A stretch of 64,000 nt of DNA, taken from the NCBI GenBank assembly GCA_951406725.2, contig OX597841.1:6386001-6450000 (forward strand), in the 5' to 3' direction. The DNA comes from Octopus vulgaris (taxonomy: Eukaryota). Within the stretch, counting starts at the first letter, position 1. Each line of letters starts with the position of its first letter. The position numbers and the translations under genes were made by a program. The notes under the pieces were generated by a model that saw only the letters and a list, made by a program, of their open reading frames with translations, made no database searches and was not told the DNA's origin. Below are positions 25,762 through 42,580 of this stretch, one piece after another.

Positions 25762-28016
25762 CATACATATATATATATACATATACATATTTATATATAT
25801 ACATAGTGGTGATGTCTTCCAGGTATTGTTCATAGCCAAACAAACACACCCACACATATACACAAAGACATTCTATTGATTGAAAAAGGATAAGAAATTG
25901 AATAATAGATGAAAGAAACAATTGACCAAGTGAATCATACAACTACAATACATATGTGTGTATGTCTAAAGAGAAGGATGAACCTGTATGCATGTATATA
26001 TATACACATAAATGAAAAGCAAGGGGCAAATAATAGTGCTCAACTACACAAGGTAGAGTTAAATTTGTGATATTTTTGCAGCTTTAATAAAAACGTGTAT
26101 AAGAATATATATATCTTCTTTTGGTCTCTTACTTGTTTCACTCATTTGAAAGTGGCCATGCTGGAGCACCTCCTTCAAGGGTGCTGGTCCGAGAGATTAA
26201 CACCAGAACTTATTCTTTGTAAGCCTAGTATTTATTCTATTGGCCTTTTTTGGTGAACCACTAAGTTACAGGGTCACAAACACAGATACACAAATATATA
26301 TATAAACATGACAGGCTTCTGGCTACCAAATCTACTGACAAGGCTATGGTCAGCCTAAGGCTGTAGTAGCAGGCACTTGACCAATATTCACTATAAACTG
26401 CCTAAAATTGTGTATCCTTAGATGAACATATCCATTCCTATAATTTCCATCAAATAGTTTTGACATACTTATAACCAAAATATACTTTATATTATTGGAA
26501 TATAACTCCAAAATAGGGAGAAAAATAAATAGAAAAACCAAACAAGGAAAGAAAAAAAGGGAAAGGAAAATGTAAATGAAATGTTTTATTTGTAATGTAA
26601 CTTTGTAAAATGTTAAAACCAAACTATACTTCGTATTACAGGGTGATTGAAAAGTAACTCCCTATTTTGGAAATACTTGTGAATTAGTTGTTAATTGTAA
26701 TTTTTACAGAAACTAAATATCATTATGAGAGGTTTTACTATGAGGTTTGATTTAAAATTCGATATGGGCTCCAGATGTCACCACAAGCATTTTGTATCAG
26801 CCAGGAATTGCATCGAGTGATTTCACCAGGAACTCTGATGCGATGGAAGAAGACGTATGACTTCTTGTAATTGCTGTTCCAGTTCTTCCAGAGTCTCTGC
26901 TTTCGTACAGTAGACCTGCTCTTGCAACCAACCCCAAACAAAGAAGTCACAGGGTATTAAGTTAGGTCTCCTGGCTGACCCCTCATACGGACCACAACGA
27001 CCCATCCATCCCCTAGGGAAGGGGCCATTCACCAACGATAAGAGCAATACGATTACAGATTAAATTCTCATACTTAAGAAAAAAGAACAAACACAAAAGA
27101 CTTGAGAAATAAATTACAATTAATAAATAATAGAAGAGTATTTTTAAATTAGGAGTTACTTTGCAATCACCCTGAATACTCTGGAAAGGTAAGGGACACT
27201 GTAAAATGTTTAAACAGTTTCTAGTCTTATAAGATATGTGAAAATGAAGCAAGTTCCTATCTAAGCAGTGGTGTATGGTGGTTGTTGTATTGAGTTCGCT
27301 GCCACACCCAATGCCATCAGATTTCAAGCAGGAGTATAACTAAAGTTTTCTTTTCAGATTTGTGATTTAATTAAATGAAGAGGTTGCAAGAAGTAATGAA
27401 AATTTAAGAAGAAGAAAAAAAAAATTGATTAAGTAAATGAGTGGAAAGTGAACTGGTGAGTATGTTAATTAATAAGGCATTTTAGGTGAGGAGCTGGTGG
27501 AATCGTTAGTAAGCTGGACTACAGGCTTAGCATCGGTATGTTCTGAGTTCAAATTCCGCTGAGGTCGACTTTGCTTTTCATCCTTTCAGGGTTGATAAAT
27601 TAAGTAACAGTGAAACGCAGGGGTTGATGCAATCAGCTTAATTCCGACCCCACAAATTATTTGAAGCCTTGTGCTTTTAGTAGAAAGGTTAACTAATAAG
27701 ACATTTAAACAGAATTACTCACCCCAGACACAACAAAATATGCTTCAACACACGAATTCAGGAAAAGAATTCGTTCCAGTCCCAGCCTCAAGTCTCTTTG
27801 TATTTCAGCAAAATCTTGTGAAACCAGTTCAGTCAAACAAAAACATACGTATGACTTCTGAAGGTGTTAGCGAGGGATCGATACCATACCAGGAAGAAGT
27901 TTATTGATGTGTGGGCGTTACCTGGGTAACTTTTGTGTATTTGTGTGTGCGTGTGTAAACTTGTTTAAAAGTATGGTATGTGTATATTTGTGATGTCCCC
28001 TGCGTCTATATGAAGA

Positions 28017-28154
<138 letters not shown>

Positions 28155-28518
28155 ATATGTATATGAATATAATAATAAATATTAGGGAATAAATCCAAAC
28201 TTACAGGGAAAAATCAGATTTAGGATTGAATCCAATTTTATAGTAAAATCTTATATTATATTAAATTAGAGACAAAACCACTATTATGCAAATCAATCAA
28301 TGAAAGACTTAAGCCAATACATAAGATTATTTTATTTATATTATTTAAATATATAACAAAAATTATTTAAAAAATATAATTAATATACCACTACGATCGT
28401 TTCATGGCTGTTAATTAAATAATCTTATGTATTGGCTTAAGTTTATTCATTGTATAATTTGCCTAATAGTGGTTTTGTCTCTAATTTAATATAATGTATA
28501 TGAATATGTATACATATA

Positions 28519-28618
<100 letters not shown>

Positions 28619-28631
28619 TATAATATATACA

Positions 28632-28681
<50 letters not shown>

Positions 28682-28726
28682 TATATATATATATACATAT
28701 ATATATATAAATATATAATATATACA

Positions 28727-28782
<56 letters not shown>

Positions 28783-28783
28783 C

Positions 28784-28816
<33 letters not shown>

Positions 28817-29543
28817 TATAGATCAATAATTGGTGAAAGATACCATGCATTCATCACTTCAAGCTAAAACTTATATTCTTTAAATATCATTTTCACTATT
28901 GTTGTTATTACTATCATTTTTATTATAAATGATATGACAATTTGAAATGCAATTGTCTATGCAGTTTTATATTATTAGAAAATAATATAAATAAAGTGTT
29001 AAAATCTGAAAGTTAAGTTAACATGCAATTATATAAAAAAGATAATGCAAATGAAGCTAAAATGATAGTTTTATAATTTGGGTTTTATTGAAGAACTCAA
29101 AAGAGTTGTCTCCCCTTACTCACAACACAGGAACTGAAGAACCAGGACCACAATTATTACTACTTCCTGTCCTGCAACATGCTGAATTTAACAACACAAC
29201 ACATCACATGCTCTTAATCCCTTTGGATCTGAACACCTCAAGGTAATTTTTTGGTAAACAACCATAAAACTCAAGATACACAACGAACTCACAATGTATC
29301 GGAGAACTTATTTTTTAATTTTTGTACATTTTTATCATTATTCTTTTACAAAAAACAATGCAATTTTCTTTTTTCCCTTTCTAATTTTTAAAAAAACTTC
29401 TTAAAACATAAATATTCCTGACAAGTCATACAATGACGAAAACCGGTTGAATAAATATATATATTTATATATTTTATCATTTTCTCATTTTATTAAAATT
29501 TTCTTTCATTTGAGCATTCTGCATTTTTAAAAAAAATTTTCCT

Positions 29544-29583
<40 letters not shown>

Positions 29584-29588
<5 letters not shown>

Positions 29589-31356
29589 AAAATAGTAAAG
29601 AGTGAAAAATCGACAGAAGGCTTAAATGTTAAAGAATATATATATTTGCGTCAATATGTCTGGAGAATATTGGAAAATTGCTTTTCCTTCTTATAATGAC
29701 ATAATTTTATAATTTTTAAAGAAAGACCGGTTTCGCATTTAACTCTTCAAATTTCTTGCGACGTAATGTTTATCTTTAATAGCGTTATCCTTGTTTTTTT
29801 GCTACGGAGAGTTCTAAATAAGGGAAGGTAGTGCGTGATTTCTTCCGGTGTAAGGGAGATAATCGCTTAAAAATTTTTTTTTCCTTTTTTTTCTCTTAGT
29901 GTGAATTTCTCTGTATTATTATATTTGGATAGTTGAGTCTGGGTTTGTACTTTTCAATGAAGAATGTTTCCTTGTTTAGTCTAATTTGTGTTGATGATCC
30001 GAAATCACATTGGTAAAATGGAAAGATTAAAAATTGTGGTTGTAGTTGCTTTGCGCAATTCTGAATGTGCTCACTAAAAGGTATCATTCTATATTCTGGG
30101 AATGCAATCTGTTGTCGATGCAGTGTGCATCTACGTCTGAGTGATAGTCCCGTGGACCCCACGTAGTCTTGGTGGCAGCCCGAGCATTTTATGACATAAA
30201 TTTTGTTTTCAGAGGCACAAGTAAAGTTAGATTTGATCTTGAATTTCTGTCCCTCTTTAAAGAAGAATTCTGATCCTTCTAGTAGGTTAGGACATGTTGC
30301 ACAGTTCGATCTACCACATTTTTTTACTTTTGTATCCGTAATTTCAGAAGACAATTTTGCCTTTGTGAGAATCATTTTAAGTGATTTAGGCTGTTTGTAG
30401 CTTTTAATGATTTGGTGTATGTTTAGAATTTCCTTTAATTTGGGGTTTTTATGAAGTATTGGTAAATTCTGGGTGATGATGGTGAAGGCTTCTTTGTTTC
30501 TGAGGTTGTATGTAGATATGTAAGGTAGTATTTTCGGGGAAGGTGAGTTGTTGTGTTGAACCTTTCTTAAAGTTTCTATGTTGATTTCTGTTGCACGTCT
30601 GATCCCATCCTCTATGAGTTGAGCTGGGTAATGTCTGTCAATTAAGGTGTTTTTGAGTTCTTGCAGTCTGAAGTTCCTGGTATTTTGTTCTGACACTATT
30701 GTGCATATCCTTCTTGCAAGGTTGAAGGGGATGTTTGTTTTAGTGTGTCTTGGGTGGCATGAATTAAAGAGAAGGTATTGTTTGGCGTCTGTGGCTTTGT
30801 AGAAAATGTCTGTAGAATGATACCTTTTAGTGAGCACATTGAGAAATGCGCAAAGCAACTACAACCACAATTTTTAATCTTTCCATTTTACCAATGTGCT
30901 TTCGGATCATCAACACAAATTAGACTAAACAAGGAAACATTCTTCATTGAAAAGTACAAACCCAGACTCAACTATCCAAACATAATAATACAGAGAAATT
31001 CACACTAAGAGAAAAAGGAAAAAAAAATTTTTTTAAGCGATTATCTCCCTTACACCTGAAGAAATCACGCACTACCTTCCCTTATTTAGAACTCTCCGTA
31101 GCAAAAAACAAGGATAACGCTATTAAAGATAAACATTACGTCGCAAGAAATTTGAAGAGCTAAATGCGAAACCGGTCTTTCGTTAAAAATTATGAAATTA
31201 TGTCATTATAAGAAGGGAAAAAAATTTTTCCAATATTCTCCAGACATATTGACGCAAATATATATATTCTTTAACATTTAACCCTTCTGTCGTTTTTTCA
31301 CTCTTTACTATTTTCTTATATATTCACCCACGTGCTTTCACAAACAAACTTTCTCA

Positions 31357-31357
<1 letters not shown>
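29584..31357 (-). mobile_element. PLE-2 copy 4
   Basis: Translation of 29896-30858 matches copies 2 and 3; same inverted pseudo-LTR. Confidence 0.93.
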
Positions 31358-31405
<48 letters not shown>

Positions 31406-33664
31406 ATATATATATATATACATATACATATTTATATATATACATAGTGGTGATGTATTTCAGGTATTGTTCATAGCCAAACAAATAAACCCACACATAT
31501 ACACAAACACATTCTATTGATTGAAAAAGAGTAAGAAATTGAATAATAGATGAAAGAAACAATTGAATAAGTGAATCATACAACTACAATACATATGTGT
31601 GTATGTCTAAAGAGAAGGATTAACCTGTATGTATGTATATATATATATACACATAAATGAAAAGCAAGGGGCAAATAATAGTGCTCAACTACACAAGGTA
31701 GAGTTAAATTTGTGATATTTTTGCAGCTTTAATAAAAACGTGTATAAGAATATATATATCTTCTTTTGGTCTCTTACTTGTTTCACTCATTTGAAAGTGG
31801 CCATGCTGGAGCACCTCCTTCAAGGGTGCTGGTCCGAGAGATTAACACCAGAACTTATTCTTTGTAAGCCTAGTATTTATTCTATTGGCCTTTTTTGGTG
31901 AACCACTAAGTTACAGGGTCACAAACACAGATACACAAATATATATATAAACATGACAGGCTTCTGGCTACCAAATCTACTGACAAGGCTATGGTCAGCC
32001 TAAGGCTGTAGTAGCAGGCACTTGACCAATATTCACTATAAACTGCCTAAAATTGTGTATCCTCAGATGAACATATCCATTCCTATAATTTCCATCAAAT
32101 AGTTTTGACATAGTTATGACCAAACTATACTTTATATCATTGGAATATAACTCCAAAATAGGGAGAAAAATAAATAGAAAAACCAAACAAGGAAAGAAAA
32201 AAAAGGGAAAGGAAAATGTAAATGAAATGTTTTATTTGTAATGTAACTTTGTAAAATGTTACAACCAAACTATACTTCGTATTAAAGGGTGATTGAAAAG
32301 TAACTCCCTATTTTTAGAATACTTGTGAATTATTTGTTAATTGTAATTTTTACAGATAAAAATATCGCTATGAGAGGTTTTACTATGAGGTTTGATTTAA
32401 AATTCGATATGCACTCCAGATGTCACCACAAGCATTTTGTATCAGCCAGGAATTGCATCGAGTGATTTCACCAGGAACTCTGATGCGATGGAAGAAGACG
32501 TATGACTTCTTGTAATTGCTGTTCCAGTTCTTCCAGAGTCTCTGCTTTCGTACAGTAGACTTGCTCTTGCAACCAACCCCAAACAAAGAAGTCACAGGGT
32601 ATTAAGTTAGGTCTCCTGGCTGAACCCTCATACGGACCACAATGACCCATCCATCCCCTAGGGAAGGGGCCATTCACCAACGATAAGAGCAATACGATTA
32701 CAGATTAAATTCTCATACTTAAGAAAAAAGAACAAACACAAAAGACTTGAGAAATAAATTACAATTAATAAATAATAGAAGAGTATTTTTAAATTAGGAG
32801 TTACTTTGCAATCACCCTGAATGCTCTGGAAAGGTAAGGGACACTGTAAAATGTTTAAACAGTTTCTAGTCTTATAAAATATCTGAAAATCAAGCGAGTT
32901 CCTATCTCAGCAGTGGTGTATGGTGGTTGTTGTATTGAGTTCGCTGCCACACCCAATGCCATCAGATTTCAAGCAGGAGTATAACTAAAGTTTTCTTTTC
33001 AGATTTGTGATTTAATTAAATGAAGAGGTTGCAAGAAGTAATGAAAATTTAAGAAGAAGAAAAAAAAAATTGATCAAGTAAATGAGTGGAAAGTGAACTG
33101 GTGAGTATGTTAATTAATAAGGCATTTTAGGTGCGGAGCTGGTGGAATCGTTAGTAAGCTGGACTACAGGCTTAGCATCGGTATGTTCTGAGTTCAAATT
33201 CCGCTGAGGTCGACTTTGCTTTTCATCCTTTCAGGGTTGATAAATTAAGTAACAGTGAAACGCAGGGGTTGATGCAATCAGCTTAATTCCGACCCCACAA
33301 ATTATTTGAAGCCTTGTGCTTCTAGTAGAAAGGTTAACTAATAAGACATTTAAACAGAATTACTCACCCCAGACACAACAAAATATGCTTCAACACACGA
33401 ATTCAGAAAAAGAATACGTTCCAGTCGCAGCCTCAAGTCTCTTTGTATCTCAGCAAAATCTTGTGAAACCAGTTCAGTCAAACAAAAACATACGTATGAC
33501 TTCTGAAGGTGTTAGCGAGGGATCGATAACATACCAGGAATAAATTTATAGATGTGTGGGCGTTACCTTGGTAACTTTTGTGTATTTGTGTGTGCGTGTG
33601 TAAACTTGTTTAAAAGTATGGTGTGTGTATATTTGTGATGTCCCCTGTGTCTATATGTAGACGT

Positions 33665-33757
<93 letters not shown>

Positions 33758-34115
33758 ATATGAATATAATAATAAATATTAGGGAATAAATCCAAACTTA
33801 CAGGGAAAAATCAGATTTAGGATTGAATCCAATTTTATAGTAAAATCTTATATTATATTAAATTAGAGACAAAACCACTATTATGCAAATCAATCAATGA
33901 AAGACTTAAGCCAATACATAAGATTATTTTATTTATATTATTTAAATATATAACAAAAATTATTTAAAAAATATAATTAATATACCACTACGATCGTTTC
34001 ATGGCTGTTAATTAAATAATCTTATGTATTGGCTTAAGTTTATTCATTGTATAATTTGCCTAATAGTGGTTTTGTCTCTAATTTAATATAATGTATATGA
34101 ATATGTATACATATA

Positions 34116-34173
<58 letters not shown>

Positions 34174-34226
34174 TATATATATACATACATATATATATAT
34201 AAATATATAATATATACATGTATATG

Positions 34227-34260
<34 letters not shown>

Positions 34261-34595
34261 ATAAATATTAGGGAATGAATCCAAAATTACAGGGAAAAAT
34301 CAGATTTAGGGTTAAATCCAATTTTATAGTAAAATATTATATAATATAATTCGAGAGACAAAACCACTATTTTAAAACCAAACAAGGAAAGACTTAATCA
34401 ATACATAAAATTTTAATACAAATTAAATAAACCGCCACTACAAATGTTTCATGTCTGCTCCGACAATCTTCAGGTGGATTTTCGATCTTCTAATCAGTAT
34501 CAAATTTATCAGTTTATTTAATTTATATTAAAATTTTATGTATTGATTAAGTCTTTCCTTGTTTGTTTTTAAAATAGTGGTTTTGTTTCTCGAAT

Positions 34596-34662
<67 letters not shown>

Positions 34663-36767
34663 CATACATATATATATATATACATATACATATTTATATA
34701 TATACATAGTGGTGATGTCTTCCAGGTATTGTTCATAGCCAAACAAACACACCCACACATATACACAAAGACATTCTATTGATTGAAAAAGGATAAGAAA
34801 TTGAATAATAGATGAAAGAAACAATTGACCAAGTGAATCATACAACTACAATACATATGTGTGTATGTCTAAAGAGAAGGATGAACCTGTATGCATGTAT
34901 ATATATACACATAAATGAAAAGCAAGGGGCAAATAATAGTGCTCAACTACACAAGGTAGAGTTAAATTTGTGATATTTTTGCAGCTTTAATAAAAACGTG
35001 TATAAGAATATATATATCTTCTTTTGGTCTCTTACTTGTTTCAGTCATTTGAAAGTGGCCATGCTGGAGCACCTCCTTCAAGGGTTACTGACAAGATTAC
35101 TGACTATGGTCATCCTAAGGCTGTAGTAGCAGGCACTTGACCAATATCCACTGTATGCTACCTAAAATTGTGTATCCTTAGATGAACGTATCCATTCCTA
35201 TAATTTCCTTCAAATAGTTTTGACATAGTTATAACCAAACTATACTTTATATTATTGGAATATAACTCCAAAATAGGGAGAAAAATAAATAGAAAAACCA
35301 AACAAGGAAAGAAAAAAAAGGGAAAGGAAAATGTAAATGAAATGTTTTATTTGTAATGTAACTTTGTAAAATGTTAAAACCAAACTATACTTCGTATTAC
35401 AGGGTGATTGAAAAGTAACTCCCTATTTTGGAAATACTTGTGAATTAGTTGTTAATTGTAATTTTTACAGAAACTAAATATCATTATGAGAGGTTTTACT
35501 ATGAGGTTTGATTTAAAATTCGATATGCACTCCAGATGTCACCACAAGCATTTTGTATCACCCAGGAATTGCATCGAGTGATTTCACCAGGAACTCTGAT
35601 GCGATGGAAGAAGACGTATGACTTCTTCTAATTGCCGTTCCAGTTCTTCCATAGTCTCTGCTTTCCTACAGTAGACTTGTTCTTTCAACCGACCCCAAAC
35701 AAAGAATCACAGGGTGTTTAGTTAGGTCTCTTGGCTGACCCCTCATGCGACCCATCCATCTCCTGGGGAAGAGGCCATTCACCAACGACAAGTGCAATAC
35801 GATTACAGATTAAATTCTCATACTTAAGAAAAAAGAACAAACACAAAAGACTTGAGAAATAAATTAAAATTAATAAATAATAGAAAAGTATTTTTCAATT
35901 AGGAGTTACTTTGCAATCACCCTGAATACGCTGGAAAGGTAAGGGACACTGTAAAATGTTTTAACAGTTTCTGGTCCTATAAAATATGTGAAAATCAAGC
36001 AAGTTCCTATCTAAGCAGTGGTGTATGGTGGTTGTTGTATTGAGTTCGCTGCCACACCCAATGCCATCAGATTTCAAGCAGGAGTATAACTAAAGTTTTC
36101 TTTTCAGATTTGTGATTTAATTAAATGAAGAGGTTGCAAGAAGTAATGAAAATTTAAGAAGAAGAAAAAAAAAATTGATCAAGTAAATGAGTGGAAAGTG
36201 AACTGGTGAGTCTGTTAATTAATAAGGCATTTTAGGTGAGGAGCTGGCGGCATCGTTTGTAAGCTGGACTACAGGCTTAGCATCGGTATGTTCTGAGTTC
36301 AAATTCCGCTGAGGTCGACTTTGCTTTTCATCCTTTCAGGGTTGATAAATTAAGTAACAGTGAAACAGAGGGGTTGATGCAATCAACTTAATTCCGACCC
36401 CACAAATTATTTGAAGCCTTGTGCTTTTAGTAGAAAGGTTAACTAATAAGACATTTAAACAGAATTACTCACCCCAGACACAACAAAATATGCTTCAACA
36501 CACGAATTCAGGAAAAGAATACGTTCCAGTCCCAGCCTCAAGTCTCTTTGTATCTCAGCAAAATCTTGTGAAACCAGTTCAGTCAAACACAAACATACGT
36601 ATGACTTCTGAAGGTGTTAGCGAGGGATCGATACCATACCAGGAAGAAGTTTATTGATGTGTGGGCGTTACCTGGGTAACTTTTGTGTATTTGTGTGTGC
36701 GTGTGTAAACTTGTTTAAATGTATGGTGCGTGTATATTTGTGATGTCCCCAGCGTCTGTGTGTAGAA

Positions 36768-36811
<44 letters not shown>

Positions 36812-36923
36812 TTAAGATTAATGTAAAAAATAAATAACACTGAAGCAAAGTAACACCAAATATATAGTGCGTGTGTTTTTATTGGCTAAACTTGCAAAAT
36901 GACCGAAATATTACAATATATAT

Positions 36924-36985
<62 letters not shown>

Positions 36986-37128
36986 GGTGATGTATTTCAG
37001 GTATTGTTCATAGCCAAACACACACACATATACATAAACACAATCTATTGTTTGAAAAAGGATATAAAATTAAAAAACAGATGAAGGAAAGAATTGTATT
37101 AGTGAATCATACAAATTCAATACGTATG

Positions 37129-37208
<80 letters not shown>

Positions 37209-37734
37209 CTTTCATCAAGTATTTTTGTTTCTTTATATTAGCATGACTCAACATACTCTCAGTACAGATAATGCTACAAAATCTCAGGCCAAGAAGGTTG
37301 CTGTCTCATTAAAGTGCTGTGTATATTAATGTTTGATTGCATTTCTAGAGACTCTGTCATGGATTAGGTCGATTGCGTCGACACCAGTGCGTAACTGGTA
37401 CTTATTTAATCGACCCCGAAAGGATTTAGCAATATTATAGGGTCCCCGGGTAAGTCAATGCACAGGGTCCAATTCTACTTATTTGTTGATAGTAAGCCAT
37501 AACATGCATAGATTAGAACTGCGCTCGCTAAACACGTGAAGACCCCAGGTAACTGCCCAGCGTGCACATACCTTAAAATGACACCGACCTCTACTCAGGG
37601 TCAATGAAAGGTACCGGCTCATTGGGTGGTCGTCCGAGGTGTCACTCCGTATATATGGGATATTCAAAAATACAAAATACAAAGGAAAGAATCATTTATC
37701 GTCATTTCAACATGGCTGTTTCGTTGGAACCGAC

Positions 37735-37975
37735 GTTGAACAATGTACAGCCGCTGCTGGCATCCAGGCAATGCTTTTTGTGTAAAATCGAATTTGAATA
37801 TTTTGGCAACTCCATGAGCCTTTAGAACAGAAGCGCCAACAATGCGATCAAGTGGTTTCATCAGCTCACCATCAAGCACCAAGTCTTTTTGACCAGGCAT
37901 GTTTTCGAGCTGGTAAATTAGCCGATCCTTAATGAATTGAGAGAGCAAACTGACATCTGGAAATCTAGACGCCAT
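37735..37975 (-). pseudogene. VPS33B: 5' fragment of VPS33B-like Sec1/Munc18 family gene (about the first 78 codons), intronless and truncated
   Basis: MASRFPDVSLLSQFIKDRLIYQLENMPGQKDLVLDGELMKPLDRIVGASVLKAHGVAKIFK...QQRLYIV aligns by eye with the recalled VPS33B N-terminus ([57 protein letters not shown]). Similarity ends at YIVQ with no splice donor; stop at 37664. Confidence 0.85.
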
Positions 37976-38118
37976 GTTGACTAAAACACACACACTTTAT
38001 CTTCAAGTCAAGTAGTGTGGAGCGACTGACCTCCCTTGTTCGAAGGTTATATGGATACAGTTTGTGTATCAAATAGCTAACTTAAGGCGATGGCCTCATA
38101 TAATACATACATATATAC

Positions 38119-38162
<44 letters not shown>

Positions 38163-38309
38163 TACACGTAAGTAAGCAAATAAATGAGAAGCAAGCGTCA
38201 TAAGTAGTACTCAACTACCAAATGTAGAGTAAACTGAGTGACCTATTTTGGTGATATTTTTGCAGCTTTAATAAAAAAGTGCAAACCTATATATGTATAT
38301 ATATCCTTT

Positions 38310-38680
38310 TATTCTCTTACTCGTTTCACTCATTACACTGTGGCCAACCTGGAGCTGCCCATTAAAGGGAGTTTGTCAAGGAAGTCTAGCCCAGAACTTC
38401 TTCTTTTTTAGCCCCTTCGATCGGTCTCTTTTGTCAAACCACTAAGTTATGGGGACACAAACACACCAGTGTCGGTTGTCAAGCAATGGCTAGGGGTCAA
38501 ATACACAAATATATACATACATATATATATAAACATGACAGGCTTTTTTTCTACTAAATCCACTGATAAGGCGTTGGTCGGCTGAAGGCTGTAGTAGAAG
38601 ACAATTGCCCAAGGTGTCACGCGGTGGGATTGATTTCAGAACCATGTGGTTGGGAAGAAAGCTTCTTACCACACAGCCCC
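38310..38680 (-). mobile_element. tRNA-derived SINE
   Basis: Minus strand begins gggctgtgtggtaagaagct...tggttctgaaatcaatccc then accttgggcaa; homologous to 43303-43665. Confidence 0.75.
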
Positions 38681-38969
38681 ACCTGAGGGAGAGAGAGATG
38701 CGCACACACATACATAGAATTTTGTTTTTTTGGGTCTATTTCTAATTCGTTTCTGTATTCTTTATCAGTGTTTTCTTCTGTTTCTGGAATGTTCTGCTCA
38801 CCAACCCTTTTTTTTTCTACCCTCCCACCCTGTACCCACCACAGAACGTGTCAGCTGGTGGGGCTTGTTTCTCACTGCCTTTAGCCCTTCTTATCGTTTG
38901 TTTAATGTACATATGGCTGGTTGTGAGTGTGTTTTCTGCAATTTAGAACGCAGGAGTGTGGTCAATTCT

Positions 38970-39265
38970 AATGCTGCCAGTGGCATGTAAATAGCACCAT
39001 TCGAGCGTGACTGTTGCCAGTTCCGTTTGACTGGCTCCCGTGCTGGTGGCACATAAAAAGCACCATTCAAGCGTGGTCATTGCCAGTGGCCCCCTCACTG
39101 GTCCTCTTGCCGGTGGCACATAAAAAGCAATCACTGCACTCTTGGAGTGGTTGGTGTTAGGAAGGGTATCCAGCTGTAGAAACATTGCCAGATCAGATTG
39201 GGGTCTGGTGGAGCCTCCTGGCTTGCCAGTCCTCAAGTCAAAACCGTCCAACCCATGCCAGCATG
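38970..39265 (+). mobile_element. SINE or retroposon fragment with internal tandem subrepeats; same family inverted at 48130-48440
   Basis: Repeated ggtggcacataaaaagca units; gttaggaagggtatccagctgtagaaac; aaaccgtccaacccatgccagcatg is the reverse complement of sequence near 48165-48190. Confidence 0.7.
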
Positions 39266-39352
39266 CTTGTTACCTGCCAGGTACGTGGCACTGGCATCAG
39301 CTATAACGAGGATTTCACTTGGCTTGACAGGTCTTCTCAAGTGCAGTATATT

Positions 39353-39552
39353 CTTTTCTACTCTTGGCAAAAGGCCCGAAATTTTGGGGGAGGAGGCCAG
39401 TCATTTAGATCGATCCCAGTATGCAACTGGTACTTAATTTATTGAACCTGAAAGATTGAAATGCAAATTCGACCAAGGCGGAATTTGAACTCAAAACCTA
39501 AAGACAGACAAAATAGCGCTAACGTTTCTGCCAATGTGCTGCCTTTCAGGCA
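39353..39552 (-). mobile_element. SINE inserted into an older retroelement fragment, 9-bp TSD
   Basis: CAGTATATT at 39344-39352 and 39553-39561; the body is the reverse complement of the 6322 family (ggaatttgaactca). Confidence 0.7.
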
Positions 39553-40329
39553 CAGTATATTGCCAAAGGTCTCGGTCACTTGTCACTTCCTCTATGAGGC
39601 TCAAATTTCAAATGGTACTTTTTACCTGCCAGGTATGCAACATTGGCATTGTCCTTAATTATGATTTTGATTGGCTTGACAGGTCTGCTCAAGCACAACA
39701 TATCGCCCAGCATTGGATATGTGCTTTTTAAGGGCCATCAACACTTGTGCCAGTTACACCACACTGGCATTGGGCCACGACTGTGATTTCACTTGGCTTG
39801 TGATATAAAAACACCTAAAACAAAAAAATTACATAGTATAAGTTTTATATCCCTGTCTTTATGCATTCATCCATTCACCAACTGTCTTATCCCCCCACTT
39901 ACCCATCCTTGTTATTGCTTTAGTGGAAAGTCCTCTGATATTGTAAACAAAGTGACCATTGGTCACTTAGTTTACAACAAGCAAACTCTCAAGACTAGAT
40001 CAGAGTAGTAACTATACTAAAATGTTAATTGCCTCATCAAAGTGGCTGTTCTATGTTACTACTAGTTTACCCACAGGCAGACCTGCTAGCTGGTTATCAG
40101 TGCAGTGCTACACCCTATCTATTGCTTGCAGGGGGAGCAAACCCCTACGATTTAGTTCCATGGGTAATTTACATTACACTACTTTGTAATTGACAACTTT
40201 GTGGTCTGATAGCCAAGTTCGTAAGAGGAGCTTACTATGATAGCTGCATGTTTTTCTGAATCCACATCTTATACTATTCAATTATGTATAAAATAAGAGA
40301 TAAAATATACTAGCATACAATACATACAT

Positions 40330-42526
<2,197 letters not shown>

Positions 42527-42580
42527 CTAGATATGTCAGTGACTAATTAAGTACTTATAGGAAATGATTCACCACAGATA

